The position numbers and the translations under genes are program-made. A stretch of DNA of 64,000 nucleotides from Cetorhinus maximus (lineage: Eukaryota), in contig NC_135898.1 of NCBI RefSeq assembly GCF_964194155.1, positions 24,428,001 through 24,492,000 on the forward strand, read 5' to 3'. Positions 24,511 to 37,700 of the stretch are shown piece after piece; the stretch's first letter is position 1; each line of letters opens with the position of its first letter. The notes under the pieces were generated by a model. The model saw only the letters and a program-made list of their open reading frames with translations, was not told the origin of the DNA and did no database searches.

Positions 24511-25245
24511 TCAAATACCCAGTAACTGCAACCTGGCCAGGCTGCAGTAGGGGAGCTACATGTCATCAAGGAAGAACAGACTGATGATGACGAAACACCG
24601 TCATTCACTTACACAATCACAGCGACCAGATCAAGTGCTAACACTTTGTGTGCTTTATAAGATAGCTTAGAAGTTGGATGTGCATGTGGTGAGATTCATT
24701 CAAACACTGCCTAATGAAGTGTCCCAATGGGGCTCAATGCAAGTTTGAGGAACAGCACCTTGTCTTTTGATTGGGCACTTAACAGCCTTCTAGACTCAAC
24801 ATTCAGTTCAACAATTGCAGACTGTATCCTCTGTTCACCCGCTTTGGTTCCTTTTCTTTGCATGTGTCAGCCTTAATCTTCTTGTTTCTTGCTTTTGCTT
24901 TTGTTCATCATTCTGCCATTGACATCTCCTCCAGACTCATCCTTTCTTAATTTGCTTGTTTCATTGACACTCCTTTTGGCCCTGCCCCACCCACTCTTTC
25001 ATCAGTTGATATCTCCCATCTTCTGCCCTGTCACAGACAATCCTTTTTCTTTTTTATCCACTCTTGGCCCATTTCACTTGTTGAAGATCTTTTGAATCTC
25101 TAACTTTTCACACTTCTCATGCAAGGCTGTTGGCCTGAAATGTTAACTCTGTTTTTTACCTAACAACTGTTTAGAATTTGAAATGCACTGTCGGCACAGG
25201 TGGGGGATTCAATAGTAGAATTCAAAGGGAATTGGGTAAATACTT

Positions 25246-25830
25246 TGTTAAGGGGAAATAAAGGAATACAGTAATGGTCAAGGGACATGAGTTAACATAT
25301 CCCAGCATGCAAAAACCATAATTGCTAAGTAGTTGACATTTAAAGTTCAGGCTGTGACAGAGTGAATGCTGAACCTTGCACATTCTCAGGGCTTGCGAGC
25401 ATCAGCAAGGCCATATTGGGCGAAGAAGAATGAAAATATGGTAACTTGGGAGTTTTGGGAGTTAGACTGGAGTCAGGGGATGGCAATAACATAGATTAAG
25501 TGTGCTTTTCAACAGTTAGGGGAAGGACAGATGGTCCCAGCTTAGATAGGAAGGCAGGTCTCTGCCTGGGTGAAGGTGGGGTCAGATAATGCATGTACCT
25601 TTGTACCAGGGACTTGTCTGTTTAATATAAACCTATATGTTGATGAGATCGAAATCTGGAAACTGTTCTTGTACGCGACCAATAATGTATAAATATGATG
25701 AACACTTGTAGTTTAGTAGAGTACTGTCTCAAGCTGCATTGAGATGGTGCCCTCCTTGCAATTGCTCAAATAAACGAATGTAATCTGAACCTGACTCTCC
25801 TGTGGTCTGTTCATCAAAGACACCACAACA
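25246..25830 (+). mobile_element. Solo LTR, 585 bp
   Basis: TGTT...AACA termini with a perfect ACTT target-site duplication (25242-25245 and 25831-25834). Internal TATAAATA at about 25688 and AATAAA at about 25769. Inserted in a CR1 3' remnant. Confidence 0.85.
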
Positions 25831-27932
25831 ACTTAAAGTAGCAAAATTGACATGGACATGAGGCAAGGGGTTAAAAGCAAAATACTGCGGATGCTGGAAA
25901 TATGAAACAAAAATAGAAAATGCTGGAAAAACTCAGCAGATCTAACAACATCTGTGGAGAGAGAAACAGAGTTAACGTTTCGAGTCCATATGACTCTTCT
26001 TCTTTCACCCAATCTGTATAAATTTAGTGCCATGACCTTTCTTCACAAATCTAATCTCCTTTCCATTGTTTCACTGTATTTTCAGCAATTTGGGGAGACA
26101 AGAGTCAAGAATGAGTAAAGAACATAAAAAATTATCTTCCAGAGGAAATCTTTCCCCATGCCATCCAACACCAGAAGCCTTGCCTCCCAATTTTTTTCAC
26201 TTTATTTGTTCTTGGGATGTGAGCATCGCTGGCAAGCCCAGCATTTGTTGCCCATCCCTAATTGCCCTTGAACTGAATGGCTTGCTAAGGCTACTTCAGA
26301 GAGAAGTTAAGAGTCAACCACATTGCTGTGGGTCTGGAGTCACATGTAGGCCAGACTGGGTAAGGACAACAGCTTTCCTTTCCTGAAGACTATTGCTGAT
26401 GAGTTTTTGTGACAATCTGGTAGTTTCACGATCATCATTACCAAGACTTGCAATTAATTCCAGATTTTTTAATTAATTGAATTTAAATTCCCCCACCCCC
26501 CCACTCCCACATTGGGATTCAAACTCATGTCTCCTATCCTAGTAACATTACCATTATGCTACCATCTCCATGGGTTATGTCATATGGACTATCCAGTTGC
26601 TGAGAAATAACAGATAATATCAGGCTAACCACGACTCTATGAACATTTACACAGGTTGGGATGAATTTACACATGAGCAGGGAACTCACAACAAGTGATA
26701 TTGTATCGCTCTCCAGTTCAAAACTTGGTGCAATATTCAATTCCACTGCCTGCTTTAGAAAACTGAAAACTGAATATAATGTGTGTCTTGTAATGCTCAT
26801 CAAATCCCAATTACCACAACTGCCCCCAGACTCCTGTCAACGTGTTATGCAACTGCTCACAGTGTGATCTGAGAAAGCTTATTTTACATGAGGTGACTGA
26901 GCTCATAGTGAAATGGCATGCCACATTTTCCAATGAACATTCCCACAGGGTAAGTGAGTTCTGCATTGTTCACTCCGTCATCTCACTTAAAGGAAGTTAA
27001 TACCACTGGCCACTCTGTGAAAAGTTGAAACCAGGGCTGATTATTCAGTACTGAGCCATATAGTGTTTGATTACACAGGTGGGGACACCATAGTTTGCAT
27101 TTTTGAAAGATCCTTCCCTACTTGTACAAGTGACCGGATATATTTCCAGTCTTTTGCAAGCATGAAACATTACCTCAGGGAATGTCATCTAACGCATGAA
27201 CACACACAGCTCAGGAAATGTGTCACTCCTTTTTTCTACTTGTGCAATTGTACTTTTGGCGACTCATCTTTTGTCTCCAGGCTTAGTGTATCCGGAAGAA
27301 ATGGGGAAGCATAAACTCATGGAATCGTACAACACAGAAGGAAGCTACGTGGCCCATCGTCTCTGCGTCTTTGGAAGAGCGATTCAATTGGTCCCACACC
27401 TCTACTTCTTCTCTCTAACCTTGAAAATTTTGCCTTTTTTAAGTATTTATCCAACTGCCTTTTAAAAGATATCATTGAATCTGCTTCCTCATATCTTACA
27501 GAGAGTGCATGCCCGATCATGACTCACTGTGTTTATAAAAACAAAATCTCCTCATCTTTCCTCTGGTTCTGTTGCCAATTATCTTAATTCTCTGCCGTCC
27601 CTCCACCTTATGGAGTATCAATCCTACCTTTGCCAATGCATGTTCATCCCGGGCATGGGTGAATTTGCAGCCCCTGGGATGAACTGAATTGAGAAACAGA
27701 CTACAGCTGTTCCCATGAACGTGCACTGAGCTAAACATCAGCTGCTGCTGAAAGACCGTCAACTCAGTGCAAAACGTTCTTTGATCTTCCTGAAACTTCA
27801 TAGAATAGAAGTCACAGAAAGTTTACAGCACAGGAAGGGGCCACTCTGCCCGTCATGCCTGTGCTGGCCAAAAGCGAGCCCCCCACCCACCCTCCCCTCC
27901 CCCAGCCTAATCCCACTTTCCAGCATTCGGTC

Positions 27933-29205
27933 TGATGACGCCACTTTCAAAAACGGTTACTCTGACATGTCTTCCTTCTTCGTTAACCGAGGTTTTCCAC
28001 CCACGGTGGTTGACAGGACCCTCAACTGTGTCCGGCCCATCTCCCGTGCATCCACTCTCACACCTTCTTCTCCCTCTCAGAAACATGATAGGGTCCCCCT
28101 TGTCCTCACTTATCACCCCACCAGCCTCCGCATTTAAAGGATCATCCTCCGCCATTTCCGCCAACTCCAGCATGATGCCACCACAAAACACATCTTCCCT
28201 TCAACCCCCCTAGCGTCATTCTGCAGGGATCATTCCCACCGGGACACCCTGGTCCACTCCTCCATCACCCCCTACACCTCAAACCCCTCCTACGGCACCT
28301 TCCCATGCAACCGCAGAAGGTGCAACACCTGCCCCTTTACTTCCCCTCTCCTCACCGTTCAAGGGCCCAAACACTCCCTTCAAATGAAGCAGCATTTCAC
28401 TTGCACTTCCCTCAACTTAGTCTACTGCATTCGTTGCTACCAATGCGGTTTCCTCTACATTGGAGAGACCAAACGCAGACAGGGAGACCGCTTTGCAGAA
28501 CACCTGCGGTCTGTCCACAAGCATTACCCAGACCTCTCTGTCGCTTGCCATTTCAACACTCCACCATGCTCTCATGCCCACATGTCCGTCCTTGGCTTGC
28601 TGCATTGTTCCAGTGAAGCTCAACGCAAACAGGAGGAACAGCACCTCATCTTCCCACAAGGCACTTTACAGCCTCCCAGACTGAATATTGAGTTCAACAA
28701 TTTTAGATCATGAACTCTCTATTCCATCCCCACCCCCTTTCCGATTTTCCTCCTCCTTTTTGTTTTTTCCAATAATTTATATAGATTTTTCTTTTTCCAC
28801 CTACTTCCATTATTTTTAAGTATATTTCCATCCATTGTTTTATCACTTCCTTTTAGCCTATTTCGATCCCTTCCCCCCACCCCACCCCCACTAGGGCTAT
28901 CTGTACCTTGCTCATCCTGCTTTCTACCCTTAATTAGCATGTTCCTTTAGATAATATCATCACCTTCAACACCTCTTTGGCCTTTTGTCTGTGCATCTTT
29001 TGGTTATCTCCACCTATCACTGGCCCTCTATCCAGCTCTTCTTGTCCCACACCCCCACCCCCTCCCCTTAAACCAGCTTATATTTCACATTTCTTCTATT
29101 TTTACTTAAATCTCTTCAAGGGTCATTCGGACTCAAAACGTTAACTGTGCTCCTCTCCGCAGATGCTGCCACACCTGCTGAGTTTTTCCACGTATTTTTG
29201 TTTTT
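27933..29205 (+). mobile_element. B-unit-specific Penelope-like insertion (linker, GIY-YIG region and tail)
   Basis: Encodes FVNRGFP...DRVPLVLTYHP, PCNRRRCNTC and LVYCIRC..CGFLYIGETKRRQGDRFAEH. Absent from A units, where 163 bp (15508-15670) occupy the site. Confidence 0.9.
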
Positions 29206-29763
29206 ACTTTAAATCTGTCCCCTAGTCTGCTTGCTGGTCTCCCAGTGCAAATGGCAGTCATCAAATGTTGCAGGCTGGCACATTCCAAGGTCCAGGACTA
29301 TGTGCTGAGGAACATACTTGGGGCAGCCAGTGAAAGTTTCACAGGTGAAAGGACATGGTCTAAGGCCCCCCCCCCCCCCGCCATAGTACAGCAAGGGGCT
29401 GGTACCTGTGTAAAACCTCTCGGGTTGTATGCAAGAGAGAATGTTTGACATGAGATGTAAATGTACATTATAAATACAACTTGTAATGGCAAGTGTAGTG
29501 AGGTACCTCATGCACTGTATTGAAAGAAACTGACCTGTATTTCATTTTATCTCGTGCTAAATGTGAAACGTCATGTATTGAGGCTTCACAATTTTTGTGA
29601 TTAAAGTATATTTCTGAGGGGAAAAAATCTGAATTGAGAAACAGAAAGAAACATGCTACAGGTGCAAATGGAAATCTGTAAACTCATCGGTTGAAAATAA
29701 GATGTCCACGTTTCAGCAGGTGGGTTAGAGGAACATAGAGCACACCGAACTAGGAATTGCAGT

Positions 29764-30674
29764 CCAAAAATAAAAATACCTGGAAAAACTCAGCACGTCT
29801 GACAGCATTTGCGGAGAGGAACACAGTTAATATTTCAAGTCCGTATGTCTCTTCAACAGAACTAAGGGAAACTAGAAAAGAGGTGAAATATAAGCTGATT
29901 TGGGGTGTGGGGGGGTGGGGCAAGTAGAGCTGGATAGAGGGCCAGTGATAGGTGGAGATAGCCAAAAGATGTCATAGATAAAAGGAAAAAGAGGTGTTGA
30001 AGGTGGTGATATTATCTATGGAAAGTGCTAATAGGTGACATTGAGGGTAGAAAGCAGGATGAGCAAGGTACAGATAGCCCGAGTGGGTGTGGGGAAGCGA
30101 TCGAAATAGGCTAAAATGTAGAGATAAAACAATGGATGGAAATACATTTAAAAATAATGGAAATAGGTGGGAAAAGAAAAATCTATATAAATTATTGTAA
30201 AAAAGGGGGATCGGAAAGTGGGTGGGGATGGAAGAGAGAGTTCATGATCTAAAATTGTTGAACTCAATATTCAGTCAGGAAAGCTGTAAAGTGCCTAGTC
30301 GGAAGATGAGGTGCTGTTTCTCCAGTTTGCGTTGAGCTTCACTGGGATAATGCAGCAGGCCAAGGACGCACATGTGGGTATGAGAGCAGGGTGGTGTGTT
30401 GAAATGGCAAGCGACAGGGAGGTCTGGGTCATGCTTGCTCACAGACCGAAGGTGTTCCAGTCTGCGTTTGCTCTCTCCAACGTAGAGGAAACCGCATTGG
30501 GAGCAGTGAATGCAGTAGACTAAATTGAGGGGAGTGCAAATGAAGTGCTGCCTCACTTGAAAGGAATGTTTGGGCCTTTGGACGGTGAGGAGAGGGGAAA
30601 TAAAGGGGCAGGTGTTGCACCTTCTGCGGTTACATGGGAAGATGTGGTGGGATGGGGTTGATGTGTAGGGGGTG
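29764..30674 (-). mobile_element. Penelope-like element, the same insertion as duplicated in unit B
   Basis: GIY-YIG ORF 30275-30556; TSD AGGAATTGCAGT at 29752-29763 and 30675-30686. Confidence 0.88.
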
Positions 30675-30842
30675 AGGAATTGCAGTGATCGACCGTGGTC
30701 TGACTAGTTTCCCAGCATTGTTACGCTCAATACATTACACTGCGGTGTCAAAATGACAGCCAGGTACCATCAAAAATACCTGAGCTTTGTTTTTTAAATC
30801 TTCTCGATTTTCAAACTTTGGGTGGGTGCCAACAACTAATTT

Positions 30843-30965
30843 CGGAATATCCGCTAAACTGAGGAACTTTTCAGAACCCACTACGCAATCATAAAATTTC
30901 CAACCACAAAAAGGAACAGCAAGCTCAAAGGGGCGGAGCATGTGGAACACACACAATGTATAAAA
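30843..30965 (+). promoter_or_regulatory. Proximal promoter of il1b copy 2
   Basis: Same layout as copy 1; TATAAAA at 30959-30965. Confidence 0.68.
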
Positions 30966-31056
30966 GGAGGGCTGAGGGCTGGTTGTGTGTAGAACGATAC
31001 AGCAAGATATAACTCAAACAACTGATAGGTTCAAACTTACCGTGGACATAAGAGAG

Positions 31057-34000
31057 ATGAGAACTGAAGTAGGACCTGTGACCATTCCAATGGTTGAGAA
31101 TGAATCTCGAAGGTAAGATGATGGATTTATTTAATGTTTATATGCAAACTGAGTGATCATAGTCTCTCTCCCTCTCTAACCTGGATATGTTTGCAGCTGC
31201 AAACTACAGAATACTTTTCTGTGATTTTTCTTATCACAGAGAAAGTTTGGAGAAATGATTTGGTTTTAGCAGGGCTTGACTGACCTCATGTTAAAATTTT
31301 AAGGCATAGTTTATATTCCAGCCGTCGGGCTAAGAAATGGAGATGTGGGGAGTTCCCCTGGGACGTTGATTATCCATAACATTAGCGGCAAAGCTTAGAG
31401 TTTTGTGAAGAAATTGTAATAATTTCCGAAAACAAAAAAACAGCCTCTCGTTTTATGAGGAATAGCCGTAAAAGGAATTCTTCCTGCCCACACCTACCCA
31501 CCACCTGTAAAATCCCAATCTGGTTCTGTGATCACCACCAGCAGCAGCTGTGTGCATGTGGTGCAGCGGTCACTCTCTTCCTTTCATCCCCTTCCTGTAC
31601 AATATTCCTGGCCTTCACGGTCACACAGGTGGTTGAGGAGTGCAAGGGATAGTTAGTGCGGATTCTGCGTGTGCATATGCCATCACACTGCTCTTAACAC
31701 CACAATGGGATAAGTGTATATTTCAAACTACAGTACCAGACACCAACAGAAGAGTGTTTTATATTTACCGTTGAACCAGCTGGTTGCAGCTTTCCTGTGT
31801 TAATCAGCCAAGGAAGCCAAATTTAGCTTCTTTCATATAAGCTGACTGTGATGTTTGCTCTATCCACAGAACCCTCGGTTACAAATGCAACAAGGATTCA
31901 CGTCTCACTTCTCCGACTCTCTGCCCCCAGATCAAGGTAAGAATCTTTCACTGCAATTCCATCAGACTGATATTGGGAGGGGGAGAACATGCATTGGGCT
32001 AAAGTTAGAGTAAACTTGAGTCAGTAAATGTTCAACTCCTCTGAAAGAGCAGAATTCACGAAGCAACCCTGGGAAAAGCACCTTGACAGTGCAGGGTTTG
32101 AATTCCCAGGCCCACAGCTCATCTTTCATGGAGTAATCTTTCATTTCGAGGCCCTTTTACAAGTAGGTTGGAGGCTCGGCTGACATGAAAGGAATCCGCA
32201 AGATCTGATCGCACTCTCTCATTTTCACAGAGCCCTTTTCAAGAGACTGCACCCAACCTAATGGAGACCAGCAGCGCCAGCAGCGCCAGTTGCCAAGCAG
32301 AGCGAGTGAGTTACCAGCTGCAAATCAGCAGCACATCCTCAGCCATCACGGCAGTTGGCAATGCCAGCCTCTCACTGGAACAGGCTGTCATGTTAGTCCT
32401 GGCTGTTGAGAAATTCAAACAGAAATTGAAGCAGCCCTCTGGTGACGGCTGGGAATACGATGGCGGCTCTTTCATGGACACTGACTTGCTGGGGAACTTC
32501 AGTGCGATCATCGAAGGTAAGACGTGCTTTCCCCTTCAGTGTTGCCTTTCTGTTAATGCTGACCTCGGGGTCGGGGTAGGGTGGTGTCCGACTTGGTAGT
32601 TGTGCGGGTGGGGGGTGTGGGGGAGGGTGGAGGAGGGCACAACTTCCACTGACCAACGTGGCATCTGGGCTCATCGCCACCTGCCGCTGGTGGCTTCAGT
32701 GTTTCTGTTGATGGTGATCCTGAGTCCCAGGGAGATGCCATCTCCTGGTAACTCAGGCCGGGCATCGAGCATGGCCTTATGCAGCACCGCCTGGCAACAA
32801 ATACTAAAGAAAAGTAGTGGCCTGAGGGTTCATTTAGGCTGATTCGTCTCCGCTCACCCGCACTGGTGAATAAACCATTTGGATTTGTGCCCACAGAAGC
32901 CACCACCTGCAGCAGCTATGATGCTGCTGAAAATGTGAGCAGCACTTACAGATTCTTGTCGAGCGAACGCCACCAGATGAAGGATGATCAAGACAGATCC
33001 CTGATCCTCTCGGAGAATCTCCAGCTCCTGGCCATGTCCTTGCAGCAGCCAAAGAATGCAGGTGGGTACATCTCAGCTAGTGTCCCTCTCTGCAGCAGTG
33101 AAAATAAGAGGAAAGTTGGTGGCGGGGTGTGGGGAGGGTGCGGGCGGGGACAAAAGATTCGGAGATTCCCTTGACTCCCCATTGGGCAGGCGCTGATCCT
33201 TGGCTGGGATGCAGGGGTCACTTGAGCTCAGTATCTCACTCGCATGGGCCATTGGTAATGTGAGGCAAAAGTGTCATCAAGCCATTGTGGAATTGTGTGG
33301 GCACGGCCATGCCTAACTAATGGGCATGCACAGGGAGCCCCTGACTCATTTCCCTTGGCCAAGCAGTGCTGAGACCAATTGCAATGCTCCTGTGACTGGT
33401 TTGGTTAGCCTGAACCTGATGACCAGCTGGTCTGCAAAGCTCCCAAATGCTGCGACGATGCATTTGCCCAGTTAAAACTGGAGCGCCACACTTCTATTCA
33501 CCTTGCTCGCAATGTGCATTGACTACTGTGCTAAAATGGTGCTTCTTTGATTTCCAGTTCAATTGGATATGAGGTACTACAAGACAGCTGCAGGCAATGA
33601 CGTTGAAGGTTTGCCTGTTGTTCTGAAAATCAGCAGCCAGAATCTGTACCTCTCATGCACGGGACCACAAGACAGACCCATCATGCAGCTGGAGGTAAGA
33701 GATCCCACAAGTGCACACAGTTAACTGACAGGTGGCAGTGGTGGTGAGCCACAGTTCAGCCAGGGAGTCCAGGTTGCTTTGGCAGGCATGTCATATTCTA
33801 GAGCTATGGATAGTAGAGGCTCCAATTTTCTCTCCATCACCAGGAATCTCTCCTGCTCTTAACCACCTTGGTGGTACCACTATTAGTGTGTGTTGGAAGG
33901 ATTTGCAGGATGATACTCTATCTGTTTGGCCATGCTATGAACACACCTTCTTTGGTCATCAAGGCCTGGGGTGGGAATTGAACCTGGAGCTTCTCAGAGG

Positions 34001-34718
34001 CAGGGATGTTACCCACTGCACCACATGACCTTCTAGCTGACAAATAGACAGTCGCATATCATTGCTATCTTGAGGATCTGCCCGTTTGCCCTTGTTCATA
34101 CCATACAAGCTGCATGTATCAGAGGACTCAGTCCCTGTTCCCTTCACTCTGGCTGTGAGCCCATCCACGGGGTCCCTGTGAATTCTGGCTCCGCAGCCTC
34201 GGGAAGCCTCCTCCCACTGGGATATGGGTTCCACGGATGATGACCACAACTCATGTACTTCAAGGAGTCTGGGCAGAGCCCTAATATCAGGGCACCAGCC
34301 CTCGCATTCACACGAGTTGACTGCCCCCAGGAAAGAAAAGGGATGGTAACAGGATTAGGGTTAAATTCGCTCAAATATTGCAGGCTCGGAACCATCAGCC
34401 CTTGTTCAGGAATCGGGCCTGAAATGAAACCAGCCGCATCTCCCTCTCGTCAGATATAGAATGGCATTTAACTTTGTCCATTTTTTTTTGTTTCTCTTTG
34501 CACAGAAATGGGACCAGAATCTGAAGAATATCAACGGCGCCACTGACCTGCTTCGATTTGTGTTCTTTAAGAAGGTCTTCAGCTCTGGCCTGCACTTTGA
34601 GCTTGAATCAGCCAAGTACCACGGCTGGTACATCAGCACATCCAAAAAGAACAGACAGCCTGTCGAGATGGATGAGAAGGAGAACCACAAGCGAATCACA
34701 GTCTTCACAACTGATTGA
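31057..34718 (+). CDS. il1b: Interleukin-1 beta-like precursor, copy 2 (B type); 307 aa, intact
   Basis: Exons 31057-31112, 31870-31936, 32231-32516, 32897-33061, 33558-33694 and 34506-34718, with splice sites intact. Differs from copy 1 by V157L, C161R and A306T. Confidence 0.92.
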
Positions 34719-37700
34719 GACCATCTCAGTCTCAGCACAGTTCACAACCCAAACCAGAAGTAGTTGGTTTAGAGAGAGAGTGTGTATGTACAAAGTACAG
34801 AATTTTAAATCCATTGGGGTCAGATGAGTCTAATGGGTAGCTGATAAAATTGTCATTTAATTAAAACCTAACCAAAATAATTTATGTAAAATCGTCAGTG
34901 AAGTACAGGTGGCAATATTTGCTACTGTTTTTCGTGTGTGTTATTTACATTTAAACTTGAGTGAGTCTAAGTTGTCATGTTTTGTAACTTGAATATAAGT
35001 AATTATTTAATTTTTTAAATATTTAATATTATTATTTAAATTCTTCATTAATTTATTACTGTACTGGATACAGTCTCTTCCTTTCTTGATTAAATTAAGT
35101 TATTTTTCAAACACATTGGGTTCCATGTACATTTTTACACATTTCCATGAAAGTTTTGTTGATACAGAAGAAAATGTGGAAGATCACAGCATCTCTGCAG
35201 TGTAAAAAGCTGCCCCATTCCCTTAGACTCTTTGGAATGTCCGCTGTTTCTTCATTTCCCACTTCCCTCACACTCTGTTGGATAACCCCTGAATGTTTCT
35301 CATCCAGTCCTGGGGACAAGGTTCGTTAAGAACTAAAAAACAGGCACAGTGACTGCAATCCACAATTAGCGCGCTGCTTGCTCATCTAAACGATTGCATC
35401 AGGTTACAAGTGCCATCCGCATGCCTCAGCATCCCACTCACACTGAGCAAAATTTTACAATGATAACCAACTGTCAATCACTCCTTCCTGACTCGCTAAT
35501 TTGTAAGAGTCCCGGGGTTGAGCCGATTAACCCTTGCACTCTCCAGTTCCAAAATGATGTCAAGTGGTAATCCTTAAGGGTGACAGTGGTTGGAATTTAT
35601 TCAGTATAAATAAGACTTGACACATGCTAATGCCTGAGCAGTGGAATGAAGACCCAACAATTGCACTGCCCATTACTCCCTGCTTAGAAGTGTGATCTAC
35701 ACGTGACTACCTTCCGGCCCTGCACCAATGGCCATGCCCGAGGTTCCATTGCCCCTCAGTATGCCATACGTACTCACTCCACCTGGGTCCTTCCACCCGG
35801 GATCAACTACAGAATGGCCCCAATCCCCCAGTCAAATGCATCTACACCTTAGGTGCTTCGGGAATCCTTTCTTCACTTCACCCACACTGCAACGTCTATG
35901 GTGACTGACGGAATGCAATCATTGGCTTGTTATTGTCCAATTATAAGACATGTTTTCCTCGGAGAAGGGAAGGTTGCGAGGTGATTTGATAGAGGTGTTC
36001 AAAATCATGAGCGGTCTGGACAGAATAGATAGGGAGAAAAAGTTCCCATTGGTGGCAGGAGCGTGAATGAGAGGGCACAGATTTAAGATCATTCGCAAAA
36101 GTGATACGAGGAAAGCTTTATCACACAGCAAGTTGTTAAAGTCTGCAATGCACTGCCTGAGAGTGTGGTGGAGACAGGTTCAATCCATGGTATTCTAAAG
36201 GGAATTGGATTGTTAAGTGAAAAGTAGGAGTGTGCAGGGTTATAGGGACAAGGCGGGAGAATGGCCCTCGGTGAATTGCTCATTCGAAGAGCTGATGCAG
36301 GCACAATGGGCTGAATGGCCTCGGTCTGTGCTGTAACCATTGTGTGATTCTGTCATGTAGCCATCTGCCAGTCCAGATCAGGTCGGTGTTCAGTCATCTG
36401 TTTTCCCACCCTCGACCGTTGTCAGCTAGTAAACATACCAAAGAAACTCAATAACCGCACATGGGCAGTCAAGGTCAGTCAATTCATTCTCAAATGCCAT
36501 ATCATACCAACTGCACCAGCAGCCTCACACCCTGATCAATGGAGTACACCCGCATCACTCAGCTACCAACAGTAGCTATCACTCACAATGCATCACTCAC
36601 ATTCACAAGTCGGTGGACAGGCTTTGGGGTGTCAGGAGGTGAGTAACTTGCTGTAGAATTCTCAGCATTGCTGACCCGCTTTTGTAGCCAGCGTATTTCG
36701 ATGGCTGGTCCAGTTCAGTTTCAATGCTAAGCCCCCAGGAAGTTGATAGTGGAGGATTCGGTGAGGATAATTCCATTGAATGTCAAGGGACGATGATTAG
36801 ATTCTCTCTTGTTGAGATGGTCATTGCCTGTCTCATAAAAATATAATAATTTTCCTAAGATTATTGTTATTTACTATAAAAGTGGGTTAATAGTGGGGTT
36901 TGGAGCATTTTCTCTGTGTCTATGTGTGTGGAGGATTTAATTGAATGGAAACAGCTGGCCTGGAGGTTTTGAGTTATCAACAACAAGTTAGGCTTGAAAG
37001 GCTAAATACGTGAACATGGCTGAAGTTTTGTAATGTGAGGTGTGAGGAACATATGCATTTTTAGGAAAATTAGAGTAGTTTGAATTTCAAAGAGATGGTA
37101 AGATCTTCCACTTAGTCAGAAGAAGCTAAGCCAAACAGTGTGTTTATTTTTCCCAAAGGTTACTGATAAAATTAGTACTATGAAAGATTTATATTATGAG
37201 AAAAGCAAAGATGCAAAGATACATTGGAACAATGGAATTTGCATTAAAAATGGAGAAACATTTATAAAGGAGATGAGGCTATGTGTAAGAGGAGAAGGCT
37301 TTCTAAGCCTCCGGCCTCTGTGGATCAAGTTGCTGTCCACAGGAGCCGAAACTGATAAAGCTCATTTCAAATGCGACTGTCCAGGGTATTGTGTTGCTTT
37401 ACCTGGGTCTTTTTAAATCTATTTGTTCTTACTGTTGCCTTAACGGAGGTCCGTTATCTGGGAGTCAGGTTAATTGGGGGTTTTAGAAGTTATTATAACA
37501 GTAATTTATACACTTATGTATCCGCTTGAAATCTTTTCTTTTGTTAATAAATGTTTAATTTAGTTTTCTAAAAACCTCTGAAGTCGTGGTAGTCTCATTA
37601 CTTCTGAATTCAAGGCACGCATCTTGTAATTAAATACAAATTGCAAAACAGTTGTGACCACGTGATCAAGTTTCTCTGGTGGATTTGACCAATGTGGCAT

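Noticed and set aside
28384-28713. GIY-YIG ORFs as a domesticated nuclease gene partnered with il1b
   Set aside because: They are 5'-truncated Penelope remnants with stops and frameshifts that differ among copies (for example a frameshift near 54537), with no RT domain and no exon structure.
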